Of a stretch of DNA of 64,000 bases, positions 1-12,660 are shown in pieces. The notes below the pieces were generated by a model. The model had not been told where the DNA came from. It saw only the letters and a list, made by a program, of their open reading frames with translations, and did no database searches. Position 1 is the first letter of the stretch, and each line of letters begins with the position of its first letter. Where the stretch lies: positions 53,880,001 to 53,944,000 of the forward strand of contig NC_086097.1 of the NCBI RefSeq assembly GCF_963921235.1. The letters are read 5' to 3'. The DNA comes from Mobula hypostoma. Lineage: Eukaryota. The translations under genes and the position numbers were made by a program.

Positions 1-589
1 GATCACTTAAGTGCTGTCCAATAGTGCATGTATTATCTGATAAAGAAATTTTCCCTCAAAATTGACAAATTCTGTACATGACCTTAACAAATATATAAAT
101 GGCACTGTATCCAAGTCCCTTAATATAAATGTCATCAAAGGCAAGATAATTTCAGTGAAAGACATGGGTAATGACACAACACAACATATTCAAATAATGC
201 TAAATTCTTAAATAAAGCTGTTCATTGAGATATGCAGGAAGAGAAGAGTACATGAAATATGGAACACAAGGACAATGAAAGAAGATGGATCTGAAGTGCA
301 AGCCACTTTTAAAGGGTATGTTGGATTTTAATCTTTCAGCTGCATTTCAGAATATGGTTAAAATGTTTAGAACAAAAGCTTATATTTTTTGCCTTTAACT
401 TCTTACAATCTAAACTTTGGGCATTGAGAAAAAAAATTCAGAGTTTTAAGTTCCTGTAACCCTTTATATTCAATGGCTTTGCTATCACCTGGTTTTTTCC
501 ACCAGTGCCCTGCAGATTAAATGGATCACCATTTTTTAATTGATTCACCATAGAGAGCCTTCTGTCCATAAAATGGCAACTGCTCTAAT

Positions 590-1050
590 CAATACTGCTA
601 GAAACTGCAGAGAGTTATAGGCACTGTTCAGAACATCACAGAAACCTCTTTGTGCCTTTACACAAGGTACCTCGTCCACACCTCACTGTCTTGGTAAAGT
701 AGTCAATGTAATACCCACCTTGAACCTTCTCCCTCTCCCTCCTCCCATCAAATGTAGAAACCTGAAAGTACCTACCACCAAGGTGACACTTGTAACAGCT
801 TCCATCCCACTGTTTGGATGAATAGGTAATCAGCTAGTACACTAAAATGAACTCTTGACCCTATAATCTACCTTGTTATGGTCTTGCACATTATTGTCTG
901 CCTGTACTGCAATTTCTCTGCAACTGCACTACTATACCATTGTTTTTCCCTTGTACTAGTTTAATGCACTGGTGCAATGAAATGATATGTATGGATGGCA
1001 TGCAAAACAAAGTTTTTCCACTGTATCAGGGTACATGTGACAATAATAAT
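590..1050 (+). mobile_element. Degraded Rex1/Babar LINE 3' remnant
   Basis: gaaactgcagagagtt... (KLQRV) followed by a 3' tail ending catgtgacaataataa; similar tail at ~61420-61665. Confidence 0.55.
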
Positions 1051-1831
1051 TCAATTTAATTTACCAGAGATTCAATATGATTTTGTCATCTGCAAATTGC
1101 TACTTATAGGGCAATTTAGTTCTTTGCAAATGTGGTTCTTAAACTCGACATGCAAAGAGTTAAATCAGCCAGTTAATTACTCTGGTGAACTGACTTGCAG
1201 CACTAAAGAATGATTTCATCAAAAACCTCAGAGGGTGGACACTCACATGTTGGTTTGTGGCAAGAGCAGGATTTATTCAAGTCACGATTACCCAGCAGGA
1301 ACACACCCAATTTTCAAAATGCGTTTGAAAGAGCAGTTGTTTTATTGTTTTGAGATTGCCATAATTGGCTCTAGCCTTTGTTTTAAGCAGCTTTTAGTTA
1401 GAGAGTGAGAGAGAGAAATACAGGGAAATGCATCAATTATTATGAGTAAGATATCTTATGATGCTTAACCATTTATAGTGCTGTAGAGTTACCATAAAGT
1501 TGGTCCAAATGGAGCCAACTGCCAAATGTAAGTAATAAAAATTCTAAATCACAACTAGCATAATCCAGAAACTGCAGTTACAATGGTGACAAAACTCATT
1601 ACTCCTGGTCATTACTCTTGAAAAAATGTCAGGTAACTTCTGAAGAACATGAATATGCAGATAAATGCAAACATCCTGCAATTTCTTCAAGTGACACCCG
1701 GTTCATACACGGCATTTAGTGTTACAAGTGTTTTTCCAAGATGCAAAGAACACAGAATCAGTGATCAGTATTCCCAAACAATCCAGAAACAATGTAGTAT
1801 AAACACATCTCAAAGTAGTATTCTTTAACAG

Positions 1832-3803
1832 AAGATGGCACAATCAAGCGTGGCTGACAAGGGAAGTTAAAGATAGCATAAAAGCCAAAGAGAGAGCATA
1901 TAATATAGCAAAAAAGTGGGAAGCTAGAGGAGTGGGAAGCTTTTAAAAACCAACAGAAGGCAACGAAAAAACATAAAGAGATAAAAGATGAAATATGAAA
2001 GTAAGCTAGCCAATAATATAAAAGAGGGTACCAAAACTTTTGCAGATATGTAAAAAGAGAGGCGAGAGTGTATATCAGACCACTGGAAAATGACGCTGGA
2101 GAGGTTGTAATGGGGGGAGAAAGAAAAGGCGGATGAACTTAATCAGTATTTTGTGTTTATCTTCTCTGTGGAAGAGACTAGTATATGCCTTAATTTTGAG
2201 AGTGTCAGGAGGCAGAATTGATTGTAGTTGCTATTACTAAGGAGAAGATGCTTAGGAATCTGAAGGGTCTCAAGGTAGATAAGTTACCTGGACCAGATGG
2301 ACTATATCCCAGAGTCATGTAAGATGTAGCTGAAGAGATTGTTGAGGCATTAGTAGTGATTTTTCAAGTATCACTAGATTGTGGAATTGTTCCAGAGGAA
2401 TGGAAAATTACAAATGTCAATCTACTTTTTAAGAAGAGAGAGAAGAAGAAGAAAGGAAATTATAGGTCAATTAGTCTGACTTCAGTATTTGGGAAGATGT
2501 TGAAGTCCATTATTAAGGGAGTGGTTTTGGGGTACTTGGAGGTACATGATAAAATAAGCCAAAGTCAGCGTGGTTTCCTTCAGGGGAAATCTTGAAGAAC
2601 AAATCTATTGGAATTCTTTGAGGAAATAACAGGCATTTTACACAAAGGAGAGTCAATGGATGTTCTTTACTTAGATTTTCAGAAGGCCTTTGACAAAGTA
2701 CCACACATGAGACTGTTTAGCAAGACAAGAGCTCATAGTATTAGAGGACTGATAGCAGCTTGGATAGAAGATTGACTGTATGGCAGGAGGCAAAGAGTGC
2801 CTTTTCTCGCTGGCTGCCGGTGACTAGAGGTGTTGGTTTTGGGACTGCTTCTATTCACATTATGTGTCAATGATTTAGATGACAGAATTAATGGACTTGT
2901 GGCTAAATGATAAGAAGATAGGTGGAGGGGATGTTAGTGTTGAGGAAGCAGGGAGCCTGCAGAAGGACCGAGACAGATTGGGAGAACTGGCAAAGAAGTG
3001 GCAGATGGAATATAGTGTTGGGAAGAGCATGGTCATGCACTTTGGTAGAAGGAATAAAGGCATGGACTATTTTCCAAGTGTGCAGAAAATTCAGAAATCA
3101 GAAGTGCAAAGGGTCATAGGAGTCTTCATGAAGGATTCCCTAGAAGTTAATTTGCAGATTAAATCTGTGGTAGGAAAGGCAATGCAAAGTTAGCATTCAT
3201 TTTGAGAGGACTAGAATATAATGCTGGATGTAATGCTAAGGTTTTATGAGGCATTGGTCAGACTACACCTGGAGTATTTTGAGCAAATTTAGGCCCCTTG
3301 CCTAAGAAAAGATGTGCTGACATTGGAGAGGGTCTGGAGGTGGGTCACAAGAATGATTCCAGGAGTGAAAGGGTTAACGTATGAATAGTGTTCAGTGGTT
3401 CTGGCCTTGTACTCATTGGAGTTCAGAAGAATGGGGGGGGGCGCAGGGAGAGAGATGTCATTGAAACCTATTGAATATTGAAAGGCCTAAATAGAATGGA
3501 AGTGGAGAGGATGTTTCCTATAGTGGAGAGTCTAGGACCAGAAGGCACAACCTCAGAATAGAGGGACACGCATTTAAAACAGAAATGAAGAGAATTTATT
3601 TAGCCAGAGTGTGATGAATCTGTGAAATTCATTGCCACAGATGGTAATGGAGGGCAAATCATTGGGTATATTTAAAGCAGAGGTTACTAGGTTCTTGATT
3701 AAGCAGGGTGTGAAAGGCTACAGGGAAAAGTCATGACAGTGGAGTTGAGAGGGATAAAAAAAAATCATCCAGCTGGCCTAATTCTGCCCCCATGTCTTAC
3801 AGT
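1832..3803 (+). mobile_element. CR1 (HER1-like) LINE, 5'-truncated, decayed ORF2 RT plus 3' end
   Basis: ORF pieces GNYRSISLTS, DFQKAFDKVPH (~2673-2706), WQMEY, HFGRRN; CR1 3' end ggcctaattctgcccc; many stops and frameshifts. Confidence 0.9.
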
Positions 3804-3804
3804 C

Positions 3805-5010
3805 AAACCAGAAGCCCTGGATGAACCATAAGATTTTTAGTCTACTGAGGGTTAGAACTGTGATGTTCAGGACAGGGGAACCAGACATCTACAAGTCATC
3901 CAGGTACAACCTCCAGAATGTTATTGCTAGTTGGTAAAGAGGCAATTTTGGACAAAGTTGGAAATCAGATGTGGCACAGCTTCTCGACCATCTTCTCCTA
4001 AAAGACGAGAATGAAAAGCATAACGGGCACTGACACATCACGCTCTGATGAACTTAATGTTTTTCATGCATGCTTTGAGGGTAAGAATAATGGCACACCT
4101 ATACTAGTCCCCAGAGCACTGAACAGCCCTGTGAACTCAATCTTGGAGGCTGACATCAGAACATTCTCCAGGAGTATGAACCCTCACAAGGTGACAGACC
4201 CTCCCCGACCTATAGCATATCTCGTCAAGCGTTAAAAACCAAGGCTGACCAACTGGCTGTAGTGTTCAGCGACATCTTCATCATCTCACTTTTAACGGTC
4301 TAAGTTTTCCTACCCATTTCAAGTGTCAATTGTACCAGTGCCCAAGAAGAACAGGGTGACCTACCTCAGCAAATACTCTCCAGTAACAAAGTACTTCAAT
4401 AAGTTAGTTATGGCTCAAATCAACTCATTAAATATTGGACTTGCTTCAATTTGCCTATCACCATAGTAGGTCTACAGCAGATGCAATCTCAATGACTCCC
4501 AACCCCACTCTGGAGCATTTGGACAACTGGAACACAGACATCAGGCTGTTGTTCATTGATTACAGCATATCAATGCCATCAAACTCCTAATCCTGGGCCT
4601 CTGTATATCTTTCTGTGGTTATGTTGTTGACTTACTTTCTGGAATTGATTAATAAGAATTGGAAAACTACATCTCTTCACTGAACATTCACACAGGCACA
4701 TCTCAGGTCTGTGTTCTTAGCCCCTGCTCTACTCTCTCCCTCTCTACACCAACGACTGTGTGGCTAAACATAGCCCAAAACCATCTACAAATTCACCAAT
4801 GATACCTCTGTTATTGGCAAAATCACAGGTGCTGATGAAGTAGTTCACACGAATGAGATAGGTCAGCTAGTTGAGTTGTGTCATAACAACGACTTTGAGC
4901 TTAACCTTAGCAAAACCAAGGAATAGATTGGGAATTTTAGGAAGGGAGGTCAGCTAAAGGATCTGCATTGGAAAGTTTGAGCAGCCATAAGATCTTAGGC
5001 TGACATTTCA
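3805..5010 (+). mobile_element. Rex1/Babar LINE fragment, decayed RT
   Basis: NQKPWM at 3805, DELNVFHACFE, QFAY, RLLFIDYS, SKTKE motifs. Confidence 0.8.
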
Positions 5011-6497
5011 GATGATCATCAGACACAAGAAGAGAAGAAATCCACAACACAAGGCCTTCTCAGATCCAAGAATTTTTTCTCCATGGTCAGCAGTGAACAC
5101 AACTTCTTAACATCTGACCATAAAACCTGGGTCGATCATTAAAATACATCATCAATTTCAGTTGATTATTCCATTTTCACATGACTAACACATAATTCAT
5201 CTGTTCTATGATTCTGCCTAGAAAATAGCAAAGGAAACAGGAAGTAAATGTTTACTTGCTCTTTCCAAACACAAGGAAGAGGGAAAACTCCCAATGCCAG
5301 CTGATTTCCAAGAACAACAGAATTCACAAATGGTTATGAAGCCGCATTAATCACACATACTGTTCACAGGCCATTGAGTCAGTAACTTCCTTTTGGTGTA
5401 GATCTCAATCAGAAAGGTACTTCAAAGCTACAATAATTAAGATTCACTGCAGCTGGCCTTTAAAAAGGAACAAAGAACAAGCAAGATGTATTATCTTGAT
5501 CAAGTCCATTAAACAGTTTTATCTTCACTTTAGTAGGACAGTTCCTGAGGAATGTTACAGATAAAAAAAAGATTTATTTTTTTTTATACATATAGATCAT
5601 TTTCCTGGAGCTCACACAGAGAAACCTTATTGATAAAAAAAAGGTTACTAGGTTTTTATGGATGGTGAATATTAAATCTTAAAAACAGAGCTTGCTGTTC
5701 AGCAAAACATTTATAAGGGATAGAGTCACTCCCAGTTGCCTTTGTAATTATTTTCACATGCTGTGGTGCATTTTATAGTTAGGAAAATGTTTTTTTCCTG
5801 CCTTTAAAACTTGCTCAATATTGGAAAAGGTAAAATAATGCAAGTTTGTCTTGAAAGACACTTTCACAGAGTAATGGACTCTTTAGAAAATCTTTGAAAA
5901 ATCTAAAATCAAATATCTTTTGATTCACGAGTTGCTACATGGATTTAAAAAGAAATAAAGGCATCAACGTATTAGCACAACACTTTTCACAAGAGTCACT
6001 GGGAACTAAAAATTCATCACAACAAGTTATTCATCAGTTACTAAAAAAATCTAAAAAGTCAAACTAATAACAGTGATAGACGGGCAAATGTGGTTCCTGT
6101 GAGCAAATAAACATTGGATTCAAATCATTTAAGGGGTTGAAGCAATTTATTTAAAACTTCAGCAATGGACATTTATCTCCTGTTGGAGGAAATGGGCTTG
6201 AAACTGATTATTCCCCTCCCTAGATGCTGACTGACTTGCAGAGTTCCTCCAGCATTTTGTGCGTGTTGCAATAGACATTTATTATTTACTTTCAAAGTAC
6301 TAAATGTCAATCACATTTGAGTTGGCATTGAACAATGGATAATGAACAACAAAGTAGAAAGCAAACTTGAGCAGTTCACTTGTTTCAACATTTTCAAAAT
6401 GAAATGTAATCAAGCCTTTGCTGTTACACAAGCACATCCTACAAAACAGAAGACTCAAGATTCAAGTATTTTTATTATCAAAGACTCTATAAATTAT

Positions 6498-7346
6498 CAC
6501 GCGAACACGAGGAAATCTACAAATGCTGGAAATTCAAGCAACACACACAAAATGCTGGTGGAACGCAGCAGCCCAGGCAGCATCTATAGGAAGAGGTACA
6601 GTCGAAGTTTGTACCCTTTGTCAGGACTAACTGAAAGAAGAGATAGTAAGAGATTTGAAAGTGGGAGGGGGAGGGGGGAGATCCAAAATGATAGGAGAAG
6701 ACGGGAGGGGGAGGGATGGAGCCAAGAGCTGGAAAGTTGATTGGCAAAAGGGATACAAGGCTGGAGAGGGAGAGGATCATGGGATGGGAAGCCTAGGGAG
6801 AAAGAAAGGGGGAGGGGAGCTTGGAGGAAGATGGAGAGCAGGCAAGGATTTATGGTGAGAGGGACAGAGGGAGAAAAAAAAAGGGAGAAAAAAAAGGGAA
6901 AATAATAAATAAATAAATAAATAAATAAGGGATGGGGTAAGAAGGGAAGGAGGGGCATTAACGGAAGTTAGAGAAGTCAGTGTTCATGCCATCAGGTTGG
7001 AGGCTACCCAGACGGAATATAAGGTGTTGTTCCTCCAACCTGAGTGTGGCTTCATCTTTACAGTAGAGGAGGCCGTGGATAGACATATCAGAATGGGAAT
7101 GGGATGTGAAATTAAAATGTGTGGCCACTGGGAGAACCTGCTTTCTCTGGCGGACAGAGCGTAGGTGACTCCTCCTGTCTTTTCCTATCATTTTGGATCT
7201 CCCCCTCCCCCTCCCACTTTCAAATCTCTTACTGCCTCTTCTTTCAGTTAGTCCTGACGAAGGGTCTCGACCCAAACCGTCGACTGTACCTCTTCCAATA
7301 GATGCTGCCTGGCCTGCTGCGTTCCACCAGCATCTTGGGTGTGTTG
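6498..7346. mobile_element. Penelope-like element, inverted pseudo-LTR arrangement with GIY-YIG C-terminus
   Basis: Minus-strand PVATHFN...RLEEQHLIFRLGSLQPDGMN (ORF 6958-7275); 7169-7346 is the reverse complement of ~6540-6705; 13-bp TSD ctctataaattat at 6485-6497 and 7347-7359. Confidence 0.9.
7250..7285 (+). ncRNA. Minimal hammerhead ribozyme motif, core damaged
   Basis: agtc-CTGACGA-AGGGTCTCGACCC-AAACCGTC-gact; the GAAAC box is mutated. Confidence 0.55.
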
Positions 7347-8811
7347 CTCTATAAATTATACAACCTTGAGATTGTTTGTTTACAGGTAGTCACAAAACAA
7401 GAAACCCAAAAGAACCCAAATAAACAAAAGAATGAAAATAAAATATAAAATAAAAACCCAATGCACAGGAGAAAGGGGAAAATAGACACAAATCATGCAA
7501 ACAATTGAAGCAAACAGTGGGCTTCGATTCTTTTTTTGTGTAATAAATTATTTTATTTCAATATTACGATTTAATTTAATTTACATGAATATAGGGTAAT
7601 GAGATCGCAAGTGTGATTCAAATATAATGTATTTGGTATTATTTTATCTTTTTTTTAACTTATAATATACATCATCTTGTACTCTGCTTCTTTTTTCTTT
7701 TTCAATATTTTTATTAATTTCTACATAGAAGAATACAAACAACAACATTCTGAACCAAAATTGAGTCCTTAGATCTGCACCCCAGAGCAGCATGAGTAGG
7801 TCTGAAGCCAGGCCTAGCAGTTCATCATATTAGCGGACATGAGCACAGTAGCCAGGCAGTCTTCATAGCCTCAGTGCCATGGAGAGAGAAGTGACTATCG
7901 CAGAGTGAGCAAAATTAGTTCTCCCCTCAGATCCCAACACCCCGTCTTTTCAGTCTATCTTGGCTGGCATTTAAATTACCCAGACAATGGGACACCGAAA
8001 GGCTCCAGCACCCTGGAGAGAAGGGTGACCATCGCAAAGACCGAGCATAATGGGCTCTTGCCTCTGATCTGGGCTGGCATTTAAATCGTCTAGACTGTGA
8101 ATCGTACCTCACACTGGGACCAGGATACCGCTGTAGCAAAAGGCTCCGGCCTACACCACGCGGCCCAGTGACTCATTCTGGGCCCAGATTTTGCCCCTCA
8201 ACCCGAAGCCGCTCCAAAGCTCTTCAAATCAGCTTGGTGCCCAGAGCGATCCAAGCCAGTTATACGGGCATCGGAACTCCATCTGCAACACACCATCTCG
8301 GCTCATCCCATGAACTCGCCTCACCATCGCTCACCCCTTCACTGTTTGTGGCAATAATTTAACACAACTTACCTCAGAAAAGGTATTTTTAGTGATGTTT
8401 TTAGTCAGATTTCTCAACTTTTTAAACTACCAGTGAGCTGTTGTACGCATTCAGTAGTGCTAACTTAACCGGAATACTTGAAGACTTGAAATATAGATGC
8501 TTCGCAACTGTTAAGAATGTATGGTATTTTTCATAACAGGATATCTAGAACCAGTGCTTACATAGTTGGCCAAATAGATCGTTTTTCTTTAATGTTCTCT
8601 CATACCATCTCTTTTTCATCCTCCATTATTAATAAAGGATTAAACACTTCCATTCCTGTGAACCACTTGGGTAATAGTTGCTCACTTCAACTATCAGTCC
8701 AGTTTACCAACATTTTCTGGAAAATTCTGCAAGCATTGACACAAATGCAAGGTGGAACACCAAGGGTTGGATTAATTTAATCAAATCAACTAAATGATTT
8801 TCTTCAGTTCT

Positions 8812-9235
8812 TAGAGCATTGAACAGTACTGCACTGGAACAGGCACTTTGGCCCCTGATGTCTATGCAGACTACGATGCCAAGTTAAACGCTTCCTATCT
8901 GTCTCCATTTGATCCATATCTTCCATTCCCTGCACTTTCATGTGCCTGTCTATTGCCTTTGAAAAGCCACTATCACATCTGTTTCCACCACTACAACCAC
9001 CCCTGACAGTGCCGTCCACCTCTACCCTCTTTTTTCCTATCTACTAAATCACCATGCACCCCCTGTATCTTAACCACCTGTATCAGCCTGGGATGAGGAA
9101 CCTTGTCAAATACCTTACTAACGTCCATCTCAGCAGCATCCACCACTTGATCCTCAAAGCATCTTCACATCTTCTCAAAGATAATCAAGTTTGTAGGACA
9201 TGACCAATCGTGCACAAAGCATGCTAAAGCAATTC
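8812..9235 (-). mobile_element. Old CR1 3' end fused to an RT remnant
   Basis: Reverse complement gives KVFDKVPH near 9095-9120 and a CR1-type 3' tail near 8815-8860. Confidence 0.6.
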
Positions 9236-9261
9236 ATGATCAGGATATCCATTTGAAATAA

Positions 9262-11061
9262 CCTCATCTATGCGTGAAGTATACAGAATAAGGTAGATGG
9301 ACTTGCAGTACAGCTGCAGATTGGCAGGTATGATGGTGTAGACATCACTGATTCGTGGCTGAAAGAATATTATAGCTGGGAGCTTAATGTCCAAGAATAC
9401 ACATTGTATCTAAAGGACTGGCAGGAAGGCAGAGGGGACAGCTTTGCTCTGTTGGTAAAAAACGAAATCAAATTATTAGAAAGGGGTGACATATGGTTGG
9501 TAGGTGTCAATCATTGTGGGTGGAGCTAAGGAACTGCAATGGTAAAACGACCCCTGGATACAACCCCCAAACAGTAGTAATGATGAGGCCTACAGATTAC
9601 AATAGGAGATAGAAAATGCATGCCAAAAGGGCAATGTTACAATAGTCATGAGAGACTTCAATATGGAGATAGATTGGGAAAATCAGGTTGGTGCTGGATT
9701 CCAGGAGGTGGAGTTTCTAGAATGCCTGTGAGATGGCTTTTTTAGAGCAGTTCGTGGTTGAGCCCATGACAGAATCAACTATTCTGGATTGGGTGTTGTG
9801 CAATGAACCAGAATTGATTAGAGAGCTTAAGATAAAAGAATCCTTAGGGGAAAGTTATCATAATATGATTGAAATCACCCTGAAATTTGAGAAGGAGAAA
9901 CTAAAGTCAGATGTTTTAGTATTACAGTAGAGTAAAGAGAATTACAGAGGCATGAGAGAGGAATTGGCCAGAATTGATTGGAAAACAACACTGGCAGGGA
10001 TGATGGTAGAGCAGCAACGGCTGGAATTTCTCGAAGCAATTCGGAAAGAACAGGATATACACTCCCAAAGTGGAAGTATTCTAAAGGAATGATGACACAA
10101 CCGTAGCTAACAAGAAAAGTCAAAGTCAATATAAAAGTCAACATAAAAGCCATAGAGTGGGCCTAGAATCGAGCTAAAATTAGTGGGAAGTTCGAGGATT
10201 GAGAAGCTTTTAAAACATTAGAAAGCAACTAAAAAAAAAGTCATTAAGAAGGTAAAGATAGAATATGAAAGTAAGCTAGCCAATAATATTAAAGAGGATA
10301 CCATACGTTTCTTCAGATACATAAAGCGTAAAAGAGAGGTAAGAGTGGATATTGGGCTGCTGGAACATGATACTCAAGAGGTAGTAATGGAGGAAATGCA
10401 ATGGCAGACGAACTGAATAAGTATTTTCAATCAGTCTTCACCATGGAAGACACTAGCAGTATGGTGGAAGTTCCAGGTGTCAGGAGTCATGAAGTCTGTG
10501 AACTTACCATAACATGAGATAATGTTCTTGGGAAACTGAAAGGTCTGACGGTAGACAAGTCACCTGGACCAAATGGTGTACACCGCAGGGTTCTGAAAGA
10601 GATTGCCAAGGAGATTGTGGAGGCATTAGTAATGATCTTTCAAGAATCACTAGATTCTGGAATGATTCTGGAAGACTGGAAAATTGCAAAAGTCACTCCA
10701 CTCTTCAACAAGGGAGAAAGGCCAGTTAGTCTGACCTCAGTGGTTGGGAAGATGTTGGGGTCAATTATTAAGGTTACTTAACCTCAGGGTACTTGGAGGC
10801 ACATGATAAAATAGGTCATAGTCAGCATGCTTTCCTCAAGGAAAAATCTTGCCCGATAAATCTGTTGGAATTCTTTGACGAAATAACACGCAGGATAGAC
10901 AAAGGAGAATCGGTTGATGTCATGTACTTGGATTTTCAGAAAGCCTTTGACAAAGTGCCATACATGAGGCTGCTTAACAAGCTATGACCCGATAGTATTA
11001 CAGCAAAGATTCTAGCATGGATAAAGGAGTGGCTGAGAGGCAGGAAGCAAAGAGTGGGAAT
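9262..11061 (+). mobile_element. CR1 LINE with AP endonuclease and N-terminal RT, 3'-truncated
   Basis: SIQNKVD...ITDSWL, FLEQFVVEP, ILDWVLCNEPELI, DKSPGP, YLDFQKAFDKVP; stops abruptly at aagagtgggaat. Confidence 0.9.
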
Positions 11062-11066
11062 TCTTT

Positions 11067-11470
11067 GAGGAGGCATTTGAGCGTATGAAAGCTTAATACC
11101 AGGAGCTGGTAGAGCAGTGCCATTGGAGGGCGCAATATGAGCCTGTAGGGGTGGGGTGTAGAGGTTTTGCTGGGTGCTTGCTCTGCAGAACCTACTCTCT
11201 CCTTGCCATTACAGGGACTGCAAAGGAAGAGCTACCAGGACTATCACAGAGGCTGCTGAGCAAGCCTCCAGATGACTATGGATCAAGAGGTGTGACGCAT
11301 GGACCAAAGCTCCTGGGACACAGGCCGGGGCCTGAACAACCCCCGCTGGGTCAACTGGGCGAGGATGTCTGATGTTGAAAGACCTGAAACACCCAGTGAC
11401 CCCAGGTTACATCACTATTGATGTGTCCCCGCGCATTCTAGGATGTATCAGAGCAGCATGATAACATCTC
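11067..11470 (+). mobile_element. HERO-like (R2 group) non-LTR element 3' end: restriction-like endonuclease C-terminus plus 3' UTR
   Basis: Translates EEAFERMKA*YQELVEQCHWRAQYEPVGVGCRGFAG...ITGTAK/RATRTITEAAEQASR*LWIKR; the PV(E)VGCRGF and EAAE.ASRWLW.KR motifs are typical of HERO-type RLE domains. Confidence 0.75.
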
Positions 11471-11759
11471 TGTGGTGTGTCTGGATGTATTTTGCTGAGT
11501 TTTTCATCTTTACAGTTAGCTGTAAACTTTTCCAAATACTCAAAAATGAGACAAACCACTGATTACTGCACACTCACGTCAAGTGAAGTGGTATTCAGTC
11601 AAATCCATGAAATAGCCTGGGGAATGTATACATTTAATAGCCTGAACTTTGTAGTCAGCAGTGAGAGTCCTGAACTATCTGATGACAAAAAAAAAGTCCA
11701 TTCTCAAGGAAAATGGCACAGATACAGACAGAGTTTTTAATAAGAGGCAAAAGCAGAGG

Positions 11760-12170
11760 AGTGGCTTGGTAGCATAGCTGTTGGTGTAATACTGTTACTG
11801 CGCCAATGATTGGAAGAATCATGCTCAATTCCCGCTGCAGCCTGCACATTCACCCTGTACTGCGTGGAACTCCTCCGTGTGCTCTGGCTTCCTTCCACAT
11901 TCCAGAAAAAAGACATACTGTACTGGTTAGGGTTAGTAAGTTGTGGGCATGCTACGTTGGTACCAGAAGGATAGGGACGCTTGTGGTTGTGCCCAGCACA
12001 CCTTTGAGCTGTGTCGGTCATTGATGCAAAAATGACACATTTCACTGCTTGTTTCAATGTGCTTAAACCATAAGGCATAGGAACAGAATTAGGCCATTTG
12101 GCCCATTGAGTCTGTTCTGCAATTTGATCATGGCTATGTGGTAAATAAAGCTAATCTTTATCTTATCTTC
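11760..12170 (+). mobile_element. tRNA-derived SINE with V-SINE-like central domain
   Basis: ctccgtgtgctctggcttccttccacattcc core and tail aaataaagctaatcttt; homologous to 51390-51695 and 34205-34485. Confidence 0.7.
12065..12135 (-). mobile_element. ~70-bp CR1 3' tip inserted antisense into the SINE
   Basis: Reverse complement agccatgatcaaat...gggccaaatggcctaattctg; atgtg flanks both sides (12057-12061, 12136-12140). Confidence 0.7.
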
Positions 12171-12414
12171 ATTCTGGCATGTTGGTGTCACAATAGATTA
12201 GTTACCAGGCCCTCCCCAGTTTACAAAAGCCTGACTTAAAACAGTCTGTCTATACAGATGAGTTATTTGGAAGATTTGCTGGGTGCTAAGGGGCTACAGA
12301 CACCTTCTGCTGTGGGCCACATTTCCAACTTGCAAACTGTTCACATGAACAGATCCCTTCTGCACCGAGCTAAGCATCTGCTATCCAAATGCCTGCATTA
12401 ACAATTGAGAGAAA

Positions 12415-12660
12415 AAAGTTTTGAAATCCCACCACGGCTGCTGTGAAACGTAGAATCAGGAATTCAGACAAAATAGTTACTCATCCTGATGACCAGAGCA
12501 GTTCTGGGTTGTGAAAAACATAGCACAGCCCCAAAACTAGTTTAATTTAGTGTGACTACAGTTCCAATGTGCTTGACTTTCAAGTTCACCCTGAAGCAGC
12601 CAAGTCGCGCAGTTAGGAGTGGCCAATAAACCTTAGCCCTGCCGTCAGAAAAAAATGAAT
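12415..12660 (+). mobile_element. Ancient SINE remnant
   Basis: ttgaaatcccaccacggc B-box-like start and tail agttaggagtggccaataaaccttagccctgcc; heavily decayed. Confidence 0.4.

Larger units (their letters stand above)
6455..8473 (-). mobile_element. Non-coding non-autonomous repeat with Rex-like tail; host of the PLE insertion
   Basis: Tail (ttcaagtatttttattatcaaag...tacaaccttgagat) resembles 43610-43680; internal imperfect tandem duplication ~7880-8090; split by the PLE at 6498-7346. Confidence 0.5.
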
